Below are positions 7,463-17,230 of a stretch of 41,642 nt of DNA, piece by piece. The notes beneath the pieces were generated by a model. It saw nothing but the letters and a program-made list of their open reading frames with translations, was not told the origin of the DNA and made no database searches. Both the position numbers and the translations under genes were made by a program. Positions within the stretch are counted from its first letter, which is position 1; each line of letters begins with the position of its first letter. This stretch comes from Acidobacteriota bacterium (GTDB lineage Bacteria; Acidobacteriota; Vicinamibacteria; Vicinamibacterales; 2-12-FULL-66-21): contig JAIVJE010000291.1 of the NCBI GenBank assembly GCA_020200195.1, positions 1 through 41,642 of the forward strand, read 5' to 3'.

Positions 7463-10135
7463 ATGCGTAGATGCAGCACTGCCCTGACCGCGGCGCTCGT
7501 GACCGCGACCGTGTCTCTGACCGCGCAGGCGCCGTTGCCGTCTCCCGAATCCGTGCTGGGCTTCAAGGTCGGGGCAGACTTCAAGCTCGCGACGTGGGAT
7601 GAATCGCTCGACTACTTTCGAAAGCTGGATGCCGCGAGCGACCGGATGACGCTGGTCGAGGTCGGGCAGACGTCGAACGGACGGCCGTGGTACTTCGCAC
7701 TCGTGTCCAGCCCCGCCAACCTTGCGAATATCGAACGGCTGCGGCAGATCTCTCAACGGATCGCGCATCCGGAAGGACTGCAGGACGCGGAGGCCCGTGC
7801 GCTTGCGCGCGAAGGCCGCGCGTTCGTGCACATCGACGGTGGGCTGCACGCGAGCGAGGTCGCCGGGGCCCAGCACACCATTCAGCTCGCGTACGATCTT
7901 CTGAGCCGCGCGGAGGATCCGGCGATCGCACCGATCCTCAATAACGTCGTCTTCATGCTGTGGCCGTCCATCAACCCCGATGGGCAGAACATCGTAGCCG
8001 AGTGGTATCGCGGTAACGTCGGCACGCCCTACGAAGTCTCGCCGTTGATCGAGCTTTATCAGAAATACATCGGCCACGACAACAATCGCGACGCCTATAT
8101 GCTCAACATGGTCGAGTCGCGTGAAGTCGCGCGCGTCTGGCGTCACTGGGAACCGCAAATCATCTACGTCCAGCACCAGTCGTCGCCGTTTCCGACACGG
8201 ATCTGGCTGCCGCCGTTTGCGGAACCTATCGCCACGCACGTCCCGCCGCTCATGTCGAGGACGGTGAACATGATTGGGATGGGTATCGCGCGGAGCCTCG
8301 AAGAGCGAGGCCAGGTCGGCGCGACGCACATGGGCACCGGGTTCGACGCGTGGTATCCGGGCTACATCGACTACATGCCGATGCTCCAGAACATCAACTC
8401 GTTCTGGATTGAAACCGCTCTGTATCGGTACGCCACGCCGCACTTCTACACGATCGCGGACTTTCCCCCCGCCTATCGCGCACTGAGGCCCGAGTCGCTG
8501 TATCCAAGTCCGTGGGCGGGCGGGTGGTGGCGCCTACGGGACGCGGTCGACTACATGCTGACCGCATCGATGTCGGTGCTCGACTTCGCCTCGAAGTACA
8601 AGGAGGAGCTGCTCTATAACCGTTACCAGGCCGGACGCGATCAGATCCGCAAGGGCGAGACAACAGCGCCGTATGCATATCTCATCGCGCAGCAGCAACG
8701 CGACCCCGTAGCGCCCGTTGAGCTGCTGAAGCGGCTGGGGTTCAACGGCGTCAGCGTCCACCAGCTCACCACGCCCGCGGTACTTGATGGGACGCCGTGG
8801 CCGGCCGGCACGTGGGTGATACCGATGAATCAGCCATTCGCGGCCCTCGCGCGGCAGCTCCTCGACGTCCAGGTCTACCCCGATTTGCGTGAATTTCCGG
8901 AAGGACCACCCGAACAACCGTACGATGCCGCCGGCTGGACGCTGTCGCACCAGATGGACCTCCGTGTTGCTGAGGCGCGGACGCCGCTGACAGCCGCGTT
9001 CAGATCTGCGATGAAGACGCTCGGGGATTCGCCGACCCCGCCCGCCGCCGGCATCAACGGCGATCCTTCACCCTTTGACAGCGTTCCGGGTGCGGGTTTC
9101 GACTCCAACCCCATGGCGGCCGCGATCCGCCCGCCCGCGGGGAAAGCTACCGGCACGGGGCCCGCGCTGGCCGTGGACGCAGGTCAGCTCAACGCGTTCC
9201 GCGCTGTCAACGAGGCCTGGAAGGCTGGAGGCGTCGTTCGATTCGAGGTTGGCAGCGCGGGCGCCACCGATCCATCCGCGTCCGGCCGCTACATCATTAC
9301 CGGCATGCCGCCGGCCGCCGCGGATCGGCTGGTCGCGGCCCTCGCGCTGCGGGCGACGCGTGGCGCGGCCGCCGGGGCACAGCTTCAGCGGCCACGAATC
9401 GCACTCTATCAACCCTGGACCGCCAGCATGGACGCGGGGTGGACCGAATGGCTGCTGGAGAACTACGGCTTCGAATTCGCAACGCTCCGTAATGCCGAAG
9501 CTCGAGCCGGCAGCCTTCGTGGGAAATACGACGTCATCCTGATCGCGGACGAAAGCACGCGCACCCTTCTCGACGGATTGCAGAAGGGCTCGGTTCCAGC
9601 GCAATACGAGGGAGGCCTTGGCGCGCCGGGCGTCCAGGCGCTCGACCAGTTCGTGCGCGACGGCGGCACGCTGGTCTGCCTGAACCGCAGCAGCGCGTTC
9701 GCGATCGCGCAGCTGCACCTGCCTGTGAAAAACGTCACCGACGGGCTCAAGCGGCAGGAGTTCTTCGCCAGTGGCTCGATCCTGCAGGTCCTGACGACGC
9801 CGTCGCAGGTCATGGCGGGGATGCCGCCGCGCGCCGCGGTATTCTTCGACGGAAGTCCCGCGTTCTCGACGCTCGATGGGTTCAAGGGGGAGGTGCTCGC
9901 AGCGTATCAGCGTGAGGGGTCGCCGCTGCTGTCAGGATACCTGCTCGGCGAGAAGTTCTTGCACGGCCAGGCGGCGGCGCTCGACGTCAGGCTCGGCAAC
10001 GGCCACGTGGTGCTGATCGGGTTCCGACCGCAGTGGCGCGGCCAGCCGTTCGGTACGTTCCGCGTGTTGTTCAACGCGGCGCTGTTCTACGCGCCGCACA
10101 GCGCCTCCCCAGCAGGCATAAGCGACTGGAAGTGA
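7463..10135 (+). CDS. M14-family zinc carboxypeptidase-like protein, secreted, with a large C-terminal extension
   Basis: Start moved to ATG 7463, which gives a signal peptide MRRCSTALTAALVTATVSLTAQA. M14 zinc motif HIDGGLHASEVAG (HxxE), then IGHDNNRD. The 7376 start would overlap the divergent hydrolase gene. Confidence 0.85.
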   Translation: MRRCSTALTAALVTATVSLTAQAPLPSPESVLGFKVGADFKLATWDESLDYFRKLDAASDRMTLVEVGQTSNGRPWYFALVSSPANLANIERLRQISQRIAHPEGLQDAEARALAREGRAFVHIDGGLHASEVAGAQHTIQLAYDLLSRAEDPAIAPILNNVVFMLWPSINPDGQNIVAEWYRGNVGTPYEVSPLIELYQKYIGHDNNRDAYMLNMVESREVARVWRHWEPQIIYVQHQSSPFPTRIWLPPFAEPIATHVPPLMSRTVNMIGMGIARSLEERGQVGATHMGTGFDAWYPGYIDYMPMLQNINSFWIETALYRYATPHFYTIADFPPAYRALRPESLYPSPWAGGWWRLRDAVDYMLTASMSVLDFASKYKEELLYNRYQAGRDQIRKGETTAPYAYLIAQQQRDPVAPVELLKRLGFNGVSVHQLTTPAVLDGTPWPAGTWVIPMNQPFAALARQLLDVQVYPDLREFPEGPPEQPYDAAGWTLSHQMDLRVAEARTPLTAAFRSAMKTLGDSPTPPAAGINGDPSPFDSVPGAGFDSNPMAAAIRPPAGKATGTGPALAVDAGQLNAFRAVNEAWKAGGVVRFEVGSAGATDPSASGRYIITGMPPAAADRLVAALALRATRGAAAGAQLQRPRIALYQPWTASMDAGWTEWLLENYGFEFATLRNAEARAGSLRGKYDVILIADESTRTLLDGLQKGSVPAQYEGGLGAPGVQALDQFVRDGGTLVCLNRSSAFAIAQLHLPVKNVTDGLKRQEFFASGSILQVLTTPSQVMAGMPPRAAVFFDGSPAFSTLDGFKGEVLAAYQREGSPLLSGYLLGEKFLHGQAAALDVRLGNGHVVLIGFRPQWRGQPFGTFRVLFNAALFYAPHSASPAGISDWK

Positions 10136-10138
10136 CGG

Positions 10139-10242
10139 ATGCCAAAGACACCCGCGATCGGCACGGTGGTATGGCGAGCTTCTGCGTGATCAAGGATCCG
10201 GCCGGCGCGGTGCGCGGGTTGTTCCAGCCTCCCCCCGGATGA
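10139..10242 (+). pseudogene. remnant of a VOC/glyoxalase-family gene (C-terminal ~35 codons, one frame change)
   Basis: MPKTPAIGTV in one frame, then (G)MASFCVIKDPAGAVRGLFQPP in the next. This matches the usual VOC C-terminus pattern (MPKT.I.G.G..A.F.DP.G...GL.Q). It starts 4 nt after the M14 stop and has no N-terminal part. Its stop overlaps the HAD ATG (ATGA). Confidence 0.35.
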
Positions 10243-10898
10243 TCGATCTCGCCGTCTTCTCGACGGCACCCTTGTGGACTCCCGGCGGGACCTGGCGAAT
10301 GCGGCCAATGCGATGGTGGCCCGTCTCGGGGGAACCCCGCTCTCTGAGGATGCGATCGCGGACATGGCCGGAGAGGGCGCGCGCGTGCTCGTCACCCGCG
10401 TTCGCGCTGCGGCAGGTCTCGACCCGCTCACACCGAGCGCGCTCGAACAGTTCCTCGAACAGTACGACGCGCGGCTCACAGCGCACACACGCCCGTACCC
10501 CGGTATCCCTGAGGCGCTCGCGCATCTGCGGTCCCACATGCGATTGTCCGTGCTGACGAACAAGCCAGGCCAGGCAACGGACCGCCTGCTCACGCTGCTC
10601 GGTCTCGCCCACTTCTTGATGGCGTCGTCGGTGGCGACTCCTGTTGTGGCCGTAAGCCGGATCCCGCGGGTCTCCGGCAACTGATCAACGATGCCGGGAC
10701 AACCGCGGATCGCACTGTCCTCGTGGGCGATTCTGCGATCGATCTAGAAACCGCGCGCCGCGCACGTACCCGGATCGTGCTGGCCCGTTATGGGTTCGGG
10801 TATCGGTTCACGGGAGGCGAGTTCAGGGCGATGAGGGGTTCATCGACTTCCCGTCGGAACTCCCTGGCGCCATCTCCAGCGTCAGTGCTGATTCGTAG
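10239..10898 (+). pseudogene. HAD-superfamily phosphoglycolate-phosphatase-like hydrolase with three frame disruptions
   Basis: Sense reading needs four frames: MIDLAVF (10239 frame); LLDGTLVDSRRDLANAANAMV...LTNKPGQATDRLLTLLGLAHF (10274 frame); LLDGVVGGDSCCGRKPDPAGLRQLINDAGTTADRTVLVGDSAIDLETARRA...YGFGYRF (10723 frame); GDEGFIDFPSELPGAISS to TAG 10896-10898. The first shift removes the nucleophile Asp of the DxDGT motif. The third shift lies at a G-run (ttcagggcgatg). Confidence 0.7.
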
Positions 10899-11011
10899 CA
10901 CCGCTGGCGACCGTTTGCTGGCGCCCACAAAGACCAACGCGGAGGCGCGGAGCACGCGGAGGCCCCATGAGTCGCGCTTCCGGGGGCGAAATCGAGTAAT
11001 GCGAGGTCGCG

Positions 11012-11041
11012 CCGCGCGAAAGCGCGGTGACCTCCGTCACC
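11012..11041. terminator. two adjacent small hairpins just 3' of the AlkD-like gene (minus strand)
   Basis: CCGCGC-GAAA-GCGCGG (11012-11027) and GGTGAC-CTCC-GTCACC (11026-11041), abutting the stop at 11042-11044. No clear U-tract, so terminator function is uncertain. Confidence 0.3.
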
Positions 11042-11692
11042 CTACAATCTCCCCTCCAGATACCTCCGCCGCTCCGCTTCTGGAAATTTCTCAATCGCGT
11101 ATCGAAGCATGGTCCTCGGCATGTCCCGGTAGCGCTCTTTCAGAAACCGCCGTTCGACGGCTCCGTCGCGGTTGCCGACTTCCCGGAGCATCCAGCCGAC
11201 CGCTTTGTGGATGAGGTCATGCGAGTCGTGCAGCAGGAGGTCCGCGATCTCGAGCGTGTCGTCGAACTCCGCCTTCCGGATGAAATGATGCGTGGCAATG
11301 ATCGCGATTCGCCGCTCCCAGAGCGACGCCGATCGGGCCAGCCTGACTAGCGGCGCGCGGCTGCGGTCCGCGAGCCATCGACCGACGATCTGCGGGGCGG
11401 ACGAGTCGATCAGATCCCAGTTGTTGATCGAGGACGTGTTCGCCAGGTAGAAGTCGTAGATGCTCTTGCGCTCTGCGGGCCCGGCGGCCTCGAACGCGTC
11501 AACGAGCAGGAGGAGGGCGAGCAGCCTCTCTTCGTGGACTTTCGACCAGAGCAGCAAGGAGATCTCATCGATCGCGGCACCGCGGCACTCCCGGCAGACC
11601 GCACGCAGGTCCGGAACACGGACGCCGATGAACCGCTCGCCTTCGCCGTACTCGCCGGCGCCGGTTTTGAAAAACCGCTGCAGTCCGGCCAC
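11042..11692 (-). CDS. DNA alkylation repair protein (AlkD-like HEAT-repeat glycosylase family)
   Basis: LQRFFKTGAGEYGEGERFIGVRVPDLR, NNWDLIDSSAP, SLWERRIAIIATHHFI and HDLIHKAVGWMLREVG are characteristic of the DNA alkylation repair enzyme family. GTG start, 18 codons after the in-frame stop of the upstream IMPDH gene. Confidence 0.85.
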   Translation of the reverse strand: MAGLQRFFKTGAGEYGEGERFIGVRVPDLRAVCRECRGAAIDEISLLLWSKVHEERLLALLLLVDAFEAAGPAERKSIYDFYLANTSSINNWDLIDSSAPQIVGRWLADRSRAPLVRLARSASLWERRIAIIATHHFIRKAEFDDTLEIADLLLHDSHDLIHKAVGWMLREVGNRDGAVERRFLKERYRDMPRTMLRYAIEKFPEAERRRYLEGRL

Positions 11693-11746
11693 GCTGGATC
11701 GGCGCGCGATTGGAGCTGTCGCCGGATCGCGGCGGCCGTCAGCCGA

Positions 11747-13270
11747 TTACCGCTCGTACGATTCCCTTCGCGACGAAGCGGAGAGCTTGATCAGGTAGGT
11801 CTTCGGATCCTTCCAGAAGAGCGTCCGGAGCTCGGTCAGGCTCGATGCACCGCCATAGCTGATCGACGAAACGAGATGCTTCAGCATGTCGCGCACGATC
11901 GTTCGCGCGGATCCTCGAGCAGGGACGCTGATCTCCATCCCTTCCGCGCCGAGCGCTTCGAGCTCCACCTTGTCCGCATCCTCGACGTCCAGACGATCGC
12001 GAATCGCTTCGAGTGACGCCATTCCGCGCAGAACCTTGAACGGTACTTTGACCGTTTTCTGCGACTCAGGCAGTACGACCGACTTGTGCACCACCTCCCC
12101 GGGAGCTTCTTCCGTTCCAGCAAACGCGCTCCCGAGCATGGTCGTGTCTCCGCCGAACACGAGGGCCTCGGCGATGGCGCCGTGACGTTTGATGCCGCCG
12201 TCGGCGACGATCGGCACGCCGGAATCTCCTACCGCCAGGCGGCATTGCATCAGCGCCTGCACCTGCGGGACGCCAAAGCTGGTGGTCATACGTGTCGTGC
12301 AGCCGCCCCCGGGACCGATGCCGACCTTGATGGCGTCCGCGCCGTGGTCGAGCAGGAACCGGACGCCTGCTGCCGTCGCGACGTTACCCGCGATCATCTG
12401 GAAGTCGCCGAACCGTTTGCGGAACTCCCCCATCGCGCGCTCCATCACGACCGAGTGGCCATGCGCGATGTCGATGACGATGACATCGACGCCGGCGCGG
12501 ATCAGCTCGCCGGCGCGTTCGAGATAATCGCCCGTTGCGCCGATCGCTGCGCCGACGCGCAGCCGCCCATGATCGTCACGCGTGGCAAACGGCATGCGCC
12601 GCTGGCGAATCAGATCGCGGGCGGTGACCAGACCGATGAGCAGGCCGCGGTCGTCGACCAGCGGCAGCTTTTTGATTTTTCGCTCGACCATGACGCGCTC
12701 GGCGTCGGCGGGCGACAGCTGTCCGCGGTGCACGACCAGCCGGTCAACCGGGGTCATGCGCTCCTCGACCGTGGCGCCGGACGGCCCCACGAACCGTATG
12801 TCACGCTCGGTCAGCAGCCCACGCAGCCGCCCGTCCGGTTCCGTGACGACCAGCGTGCCCACGCGCGAGCGGGACATCATCGCAGCCGCCTCGGCGAGCG
12901 TGGCCGACGGCTCGATATGGTAGGGGTCGCGGATGACGCCGTGCTGCGTCCGCTTCACGATCTCCACCTCCCGCACTTGCGGGCCGATGTCGCCCGGGCG
13001 GAAACCGCGATCGATGATGCCGATGCCACCTTCCTCCGCCTGCACGATGGCCATCGGCGCCCGCGTGACCGTATCCATGTTTGCGGAGACGATCGGACGC
13101 TTGAGCGTGATGCCTGTGGTCAGCCGGCACGAGAGATCGATTGACGACGGATCGCGCCGTGGCAGCACGCTGCACTGCGGCGACAGAATGAAGTCGTCGA
13201 ACGTACAACCGCGGACGCACTCGAGCGTGGCCAGACCGATGGCCTGGTCGATGAAGGGAAACGCGGACAT
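11747..13270 (-). CDS. guaB: IMP dehydrogenase-family protein with CBS pair (divergent catalytic loop)
   Basis: TFDDFILSP...[12 protein letters not shown]...[10 protein letters not shown], a CBS pair (VIRDPYHI..., KKLPLVDD...[10 protein letters not shown]), VIDIAHGHS, and catalytic loop [13 protein letters not shown] (canonical form is GIGPGSICTTR), then ADGGI...[13 protein letters not shown]. The symbol is given on family resemblance; it could be a paralogue rather than the housekeeping guaB. Confidence 0.8.
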   Translation of the reverse strand: MSAFPFIDQAIGLATLECVRGCTFDDFILSPQCSVLPRRDPSSIDLSCRLTTGITLKRPIVSANMDTVTRAPMAIVQAEEGGIGIIDRGFRPGDIGPQVREVEIVKRTQHGVIRDPYHIEPSATLAEAAAMMSRSRVGTLVVTEPDGRLRGLLTERDIRFVGPSGATVEERMTPVDRLVVHRGQLSPADAERVMVERKIKKLPLVDDRGLLIGLVTARDLIRQRRMPFATRDDHGRLRVGAAIGATGDYLERAGELIRAGVDVIVIDIAHGHSVVMERAMGEFRKRFGDFQMIAGNVATAAGVRFLLDHGADAIKVGIGPGGGCTTRMTTSFGVPQVQALMQCRLAVGDSGVPIVADGGIKRHGAIAEALVFGGDTTMLGSAFAGTEEAPGEVVHKSVVLPESQKTVKVPFKVLRGMASLEAIRDRLDVEDADKVELEALGAEGMEISVPARGSARTIVRDMLKHLVSSISYGGASSLTELRTLFWKDPKTYLIKLSASSRRESYER

Positions 13271-13329
13271 CGCCTGATCGCATTCTAGGCTGGAAGGAAC
13301 CCGGGAGTGACATTCATACTTGATGACTG

Positions 13330-13965
13330 ATGCCGCTGCGGCAAATTGAACAATCGTTGCGTGAGCGGCTTGCCGGGTCGCTGCCAGGCGTGGAAGCGCA
13401 GCTCAGGTTCGCGCCGACTCCCGGCCGCAAAGGGTGGCTGCCCGGTCATTTCCCGCACGATGCGCGCGTGGCCGCGGCGCTGGTACTGCTCTATCCGGCC
13501 CCGGACGGCGTCGCGGTGCCGCTGACCGTGCGCGCCAGTGGCTTGGCGCGTCACGCGGGGCAAATCAGCCTGCCGGGCGGCGCGACCGAGCCCGGCGAAA
13601 CCCTCGCGGACGCCGCGCTTCGGGAAGCGTCGGAAGAAATCGGCGTCGATCCCGCTGAAGTGCGCGTGCTGGGCGAGCTGACGCCAATCCACGTGCTCGT
13701 CAGCGGCTTTACCCTGCACCCCGTGGTCGGCGTGACCGATCGCCGCCCGGAATTCGTGGCGGATCCTCGGGAGGTGGAAGAGATTCTCGAGGTGTCGCTG
13801 GATCGTCTCCGTGACGCGTCACGTATTCGTCAAGGGACGCGCATGCGTGAAGGAGTTGCGGTGGAGTTTCCCTACTTCGACCTGCTTGGTCATCAGGTCT
13901 GGGGCGCAACCGCCATGGTGCTCGGCGAGTTCATCTGTCTCCTGCAGGACGAGCGGCAGATCTAA
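13330..13965 (+). CDS. Nudix hydrolase, CoA pyrophosphatase-like
   Basis: Nudix box GGATEPGETLADAALREASEEIGV, preceded by AAALVLL...LTVRAS.LARHAGQISLPGG, as in NudL/CoA pyrophosphatase-type proteins. Divergent from the IMPDH gene. Confidence 0.85.
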   Translation: MPLRQIEQSLRERLAGSLPGVEAQLRFAPTPGRKGWLPGHFPHDARVAAALVLLYPAPDGVAVPLTVRASGLARHAGQISLPGGATEPGETLADAALREASEEIGVDPAEVRVLGELTPIHVLVSGFTLHPVVGVTDRRPEFVADPREVEEILEVSLDRLRDASRIRQGTRMREGVAVEFPYFDLLGHQVWGATAMVLGEFICLLQDERQI

Positions 13966-14163
13966 AAGTGCTGTTCGATTTAGGTCGATAAGCGCGCAGA
14001 CCGCTACATCCCAGGGATTCCGCGTAGATCCGCGTCCCGTGAACCCTACTCACCCACCCGGTTGGGGCGCGGAATCACACCGCCCCGCGCGAATCTCTCC
14101 GGACGTGGGTTCCGGATGACAAGAACCTGCCGATCCCGCCAGCGGCTGATAAGATCCCCCGCC

Positions 14164-16080
14164 ATGAGACTCCGACCACGCGTTCCAGTCAGCAAGGACC
14201 AGGCACACAAGGACCAAGCACCAACGACCAAGGACTTCGTCATCGTCATTGCTCTTTTGTGCGCCGGCACGGTAGCGCACGCCCAGCAGTCACCCTCGGT
14301 CAAAGGCATGCCGAAGCGGACGCCGAGCGCGCCGGCATCCAGCGGCGCCGCGTACGTCCCGCAGATGCCGCCGCTGCCCGACAGCTCGTCGAGCGAGTTG
14401 CGCGATCTGGTGAGCCGGTACACGGTCGATCGTGCGGCGTTGCTGCGCCGCTACGGAATCGAACACTCGCCGTCGCAACGCGCCAAGCTCCGCGAGTTCC
14501 ATGACGCGTGGCTGACCCAGCTGGCGAAGCTCGATTTCGACAAGCTGTCACAGGATGGCAAAGTCGACTACGTCCTGCTGAAGGCGCGGCTCGCCTACGA
14601 GCTGCGGCTGCTCGATCGCGAGGACGCGCTCATCAAGGTCACGTCCCCCCTGCTGCCGTTCGCCGGCACCATCATCGGCCTGCAGGAAGCCCGGCGACGG
14701 ATGGAGACGATCGACACGCGTGCGGCTGCCGTGGCGCTCGATGGGCTCGCGGCAGATATCGAGCGCGCGCGCGCGGCGGCCGAAGGTGGGCTCAAGCCTG
14801 ACGCCGGACCCGCGGTCAAGACGACGCGCATCGTCGCACTGCGCGCCTCCGAAGATGCCGCCGCGTTACGCCAGACGCTTCAGCAGTGGTACCGCTACTA
14901 CAACGGGTACGACCCCATGTTCACCTGGTGGGCCGACCAGCCATACCAACGCGCGGACAAGGCGCTCGAGGGTTACACCGCCTTCCTCCGCGAGCGAATC
15001 GTCGGTGCCGTCCCCGGCCAGGACGAGCCCATCGTCGGCAATCCGATCGGACGAGATGGGCTGACAGTCGATCTCGAGCGCGAGATGATCCCGTACACGC
15101 CGGAGGAGTTGCTCGCGATCGGGGAGCGTGAGTACGCCTGGTGCGTAGACGAGGCGAAGAAGGCCGCACGAGAGATGGGACACGGGGACGACTGGAAAGC
15201 AGCGCTCGAGAAGGTCAAGAACCTGCACGTAGAGCCAGGCCGTCAGACCGATCTGATCCGCGATCTCGCGTACGAGGCGATCGAATTCGTGGAAAAGCAC
15301 CAGCTCGTCACGGTGCCGCCGCTCGCCCGGGACGTATGGCGCATCGAGATGATGCCGCCCGAGCGGCAGAAGGTGAACCCGTTCTTCCTGGGCGGAGAGG
15401 TGATCCAGGTGTCGTATCCCACCGACACCATGGACCACCAGGACAAGCTGATGTCGCTGCGGGGCAACGCGACGCATTTCTCCCGGGCGACGGTGCAACA
15501 CGAGCTGATTCCGGGCCACCATCTGCAGGGATACATGACCGCGCGCTATAACACCCACCGCGCGGCGTTCGAGACTCCGTTCTGGGGAGAAGGCTGGGCG
15601 CTCTACTGGGAGATGCTCTTGTGGGACAAGGGGTTCACGACATCCCCCGAGGATCGCATCGGCATGCTGTTCTGGCGCATGCACCGGGCCGCGCGCATCG
15701 TCTTTTCCCTGAGCTTTCACCTCGGAAAAATGTCCCCGCAGGAAGCAATCGACTTCCTGGTAGACAAGGTCGGGCACGAGCGGTTCACCGCGGAAGGTGA
15801 GGTGCGCCGGTCATTCAACGGCACCTATTCCCCGCTCTATCAGGTTGCCTACATGATCGGCGGCCTGCAGTTTCGCGCCCTGCACCGCGAGCTCGTCGAG
15901 TCCGGCAAGATGTCGGATCGCGTGTTCCACGACACGATTCTGAAGCTTGGACGAATGCCGGTGGAGATGGTGAGGGCCAGCCTGATCAAGCAGCGGCTGA
16001 CGCGGGATTACACGGCAAGCTGGAAGTTCTATCCGTCCGGTCCGGCGCGCAGCAGCCAGCCACGCAGCACCCGGGAATGA
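14164..16080 (+). CDS. DUF885-family secreted protein (putative metallopeptidase-like fold)
   Basis: ATVQHELIPGHHLQ, FWGEGWALYWE and YSPLYQVAYMIGGLQFRAL are typical DUF885 blocks. Start chosen at ATG 14164 so that the hydrophobic FVIVIALLCAGTVAHAQ signal is included. The first 24 codons overlap an AAGGAC repeat, so the true start is uncertain. Confidence 0.8.
   Translation: MRLRPRVPVSKDQAHKDQAPTTKDFVIVIALLCAGTVAHAQQSPSVKGMPKRTPSAPASSGAAYVPQMPPLPDSSSSELRDLVSRYTVDRAALLRRYGIEHSPSQRAKLREFHDAWLTQLAKLDFDKLSQDGKVDYVLLKARLAYELRLLDREDALIKVTSPLLPFAGTIIGLQEARRRMETIDTRAAAVALDGLAADIERARAAAEGGLKPDAGPAVKTTRIVALRASEDAAALRQTLQQWYRYYNGYDPMFTWWADQPYQRADKALEGYTAFLRERIVGAVPGQDEPIVGNPIGRDGLTVDLEREMIPYTPEELLAIGEREYAWCVDEAKKAAREMGHGDDWKAALEKVKNLHVEPGRQTDLIRDLAYEAIEFVEKHQLVTVPPLARDVWRIEMMPPERQKVNPFFLGGEVIQVSYPTDTMDHQDKLMSLRGNATHFSRATVQHELIPGHHLQGYMTARYNTHRAAFETPFWGEGWALYWEMLLWDKGFTTSPEDRIGMLFWRMHRAARIVFSLSFHLGKMSPQEAIDFLVDKVGHERFTAEGEVRRSFNGTYSPLYQVAYMIGGLQFRALHRELVESGKMSDRVFHDTILKLGRMPVEMVRASLIKQRLTRDYTASWKFYPSGPARSSQPRSTRE
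14194..14236 (+). repeat. AAGGAC(C) x3 repeat; includes a 25-nt copy of GACCAAGCACCAASGACCAAGGACT (14212-14236)
   Basis: AAGGAC at 14194, 14209 and 14230. Positions 14212-14236 match 33075-33099 at 24 of 25 positions, and both copies lie at the 5' end of + strand secreted-hydrolase genes. Confidence 0.55.
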
Positions 16081-17225
16081 ACCGCGCGCTCGCGATCGCC
16101 GCGGGGCTGGTCGGGATGGCCTCGTGTACCACGATGCCGGAGGCGCCTGTCCGGCTGCCGTCGTCGGGGCCATGGACGCTGCGGCTTGCCGGCGAGTTCA
16201 CCATTGAGCCGCTGACCAGGTTCCCCGCACCGGATGGTCCCAATTTCGGAGGCGTGTCGGGCCTGGTTCTCCTGCCCTCCGGCCGCGAGCTGCTGGCTGT
16301 CTGCGACGATGGGGATGACCCGCGGGTGTATCGGCTGGCCATCGGGGGAGAAGGCTCCTCGTTTCGGGTCACACCGATCGACGTCATCAGGCTCGAGAAC
16401 CCACCCGACGCCCCGCTCATACTGGACGCCGAAAGCCTGGCACTGACGCCCGGCGGTCACCTTCTCATTGCGTCCGAAGGCCAGGGCGACCGCCAGCCGT
16501 GGCGCCCACCCGCACTGATCGAGTTCGGATTGGACGGCAGGTTCATCCGTCATCTCGAGGTGAGGAGCCGCTTTACTCCGGTCGTGGATGGACCGATCAC
16601 CCGCGGGGTGCGTGACAACGCGGCGTTCGAAAGCCTGACCATCGTTCCAGGCGGGGGGCGGCTCTTCACGGCGACCGAAACCGCGCTGGCGCAGGACGGA
16701 GGCATGGCCACCGTGGACCGGGGAACGCCGGCACGCCTCCTCGAGTATGTCGCGCGCGGAGGGACGTTCGAACCCGCGCGTGAGTTCGTCTATCCGGTCG
16801 AACCGGTGGGTGCGTTGCCGTTCGAACCGAGCTTTGCGATCAACGGGCTGGTCGATCTCCTGGCGCTGAACGACACCGAGTTGCTCGCGCTCGAACGGAG
16901 CTTCGCCCAGGACGAAGCGCGCGCCGAGAAAGTGACGCGCATCCGGCTGTTTCGCGTCTGGCTTGACGGCGCCTCAAATGTGGCTTCGGTGGATTCGCTC
17001 GCGACCGCAGAGGGCGTCACGCCTGTGCGTAAACGGCTGCTGCTGGACCTCGGCGATCTCGCCGGCTTGAGCCCGCGGCTCTCAGCCCTCGACAACTTCG
17101 AAGGATTGGCGTTCGGACCCCGCCTGACCGACGGCAGCGCGTCGCTGCTGCTCGTCTCCGATGACAACTTCGACAAGACGCAGGTGACGTCGTTTCTCTT
17201 GCTGAAAGTATCGCGCGGGCGTTAG
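16077..17225 (+). CDS. esterase-like activity of phytase family lipoprotein (beta-propeller)
   Basis: Lipobox LVGMASC. FGGVSGL, DAESLAL, RDNAAFESLT, NGLVDLLAL..LLALERSF, NFEGLAFGP and LLLVSDDNF are typical of the phytase-like esterase family. The ATGA overlap with the DUF885 stop suggests an operon. Confidence 0.8.
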   Translation: MNRALAIAAGLVGMASCTTMPEAPVRLPSSGPWTLRLAGEFTIEPLTRFPAPDGPNFGGVSGLVLLPSGRELLAVCDDGDDPRVYRLAIGGEGSSFRVTPIDVIRLENPPDAPLILDAESLALTPGGHLLIASEGQGDRQPWRPPALIEFGLDGRFIRHLEVRSRFTPVVDGPITRGVRDNAAFESLTIVPGGGRLFTATETALAQDGGMATVDRGTPARLLEYVARGGTFEPAREFVYPVEPVGALPFEPSFAINGLVDLLALNDTELLALERSFAQDEARAEKVTRIRLFRVWLDGASNVASVDSLATAEGVTPVRKRLLLDLGDLAGLSPRLSALDNFEGLAFGPRLTDGSASLLLVSDDNFDKTQVTSFLLLKVSRGR

Positions 17226-17230
17226 AGGCG

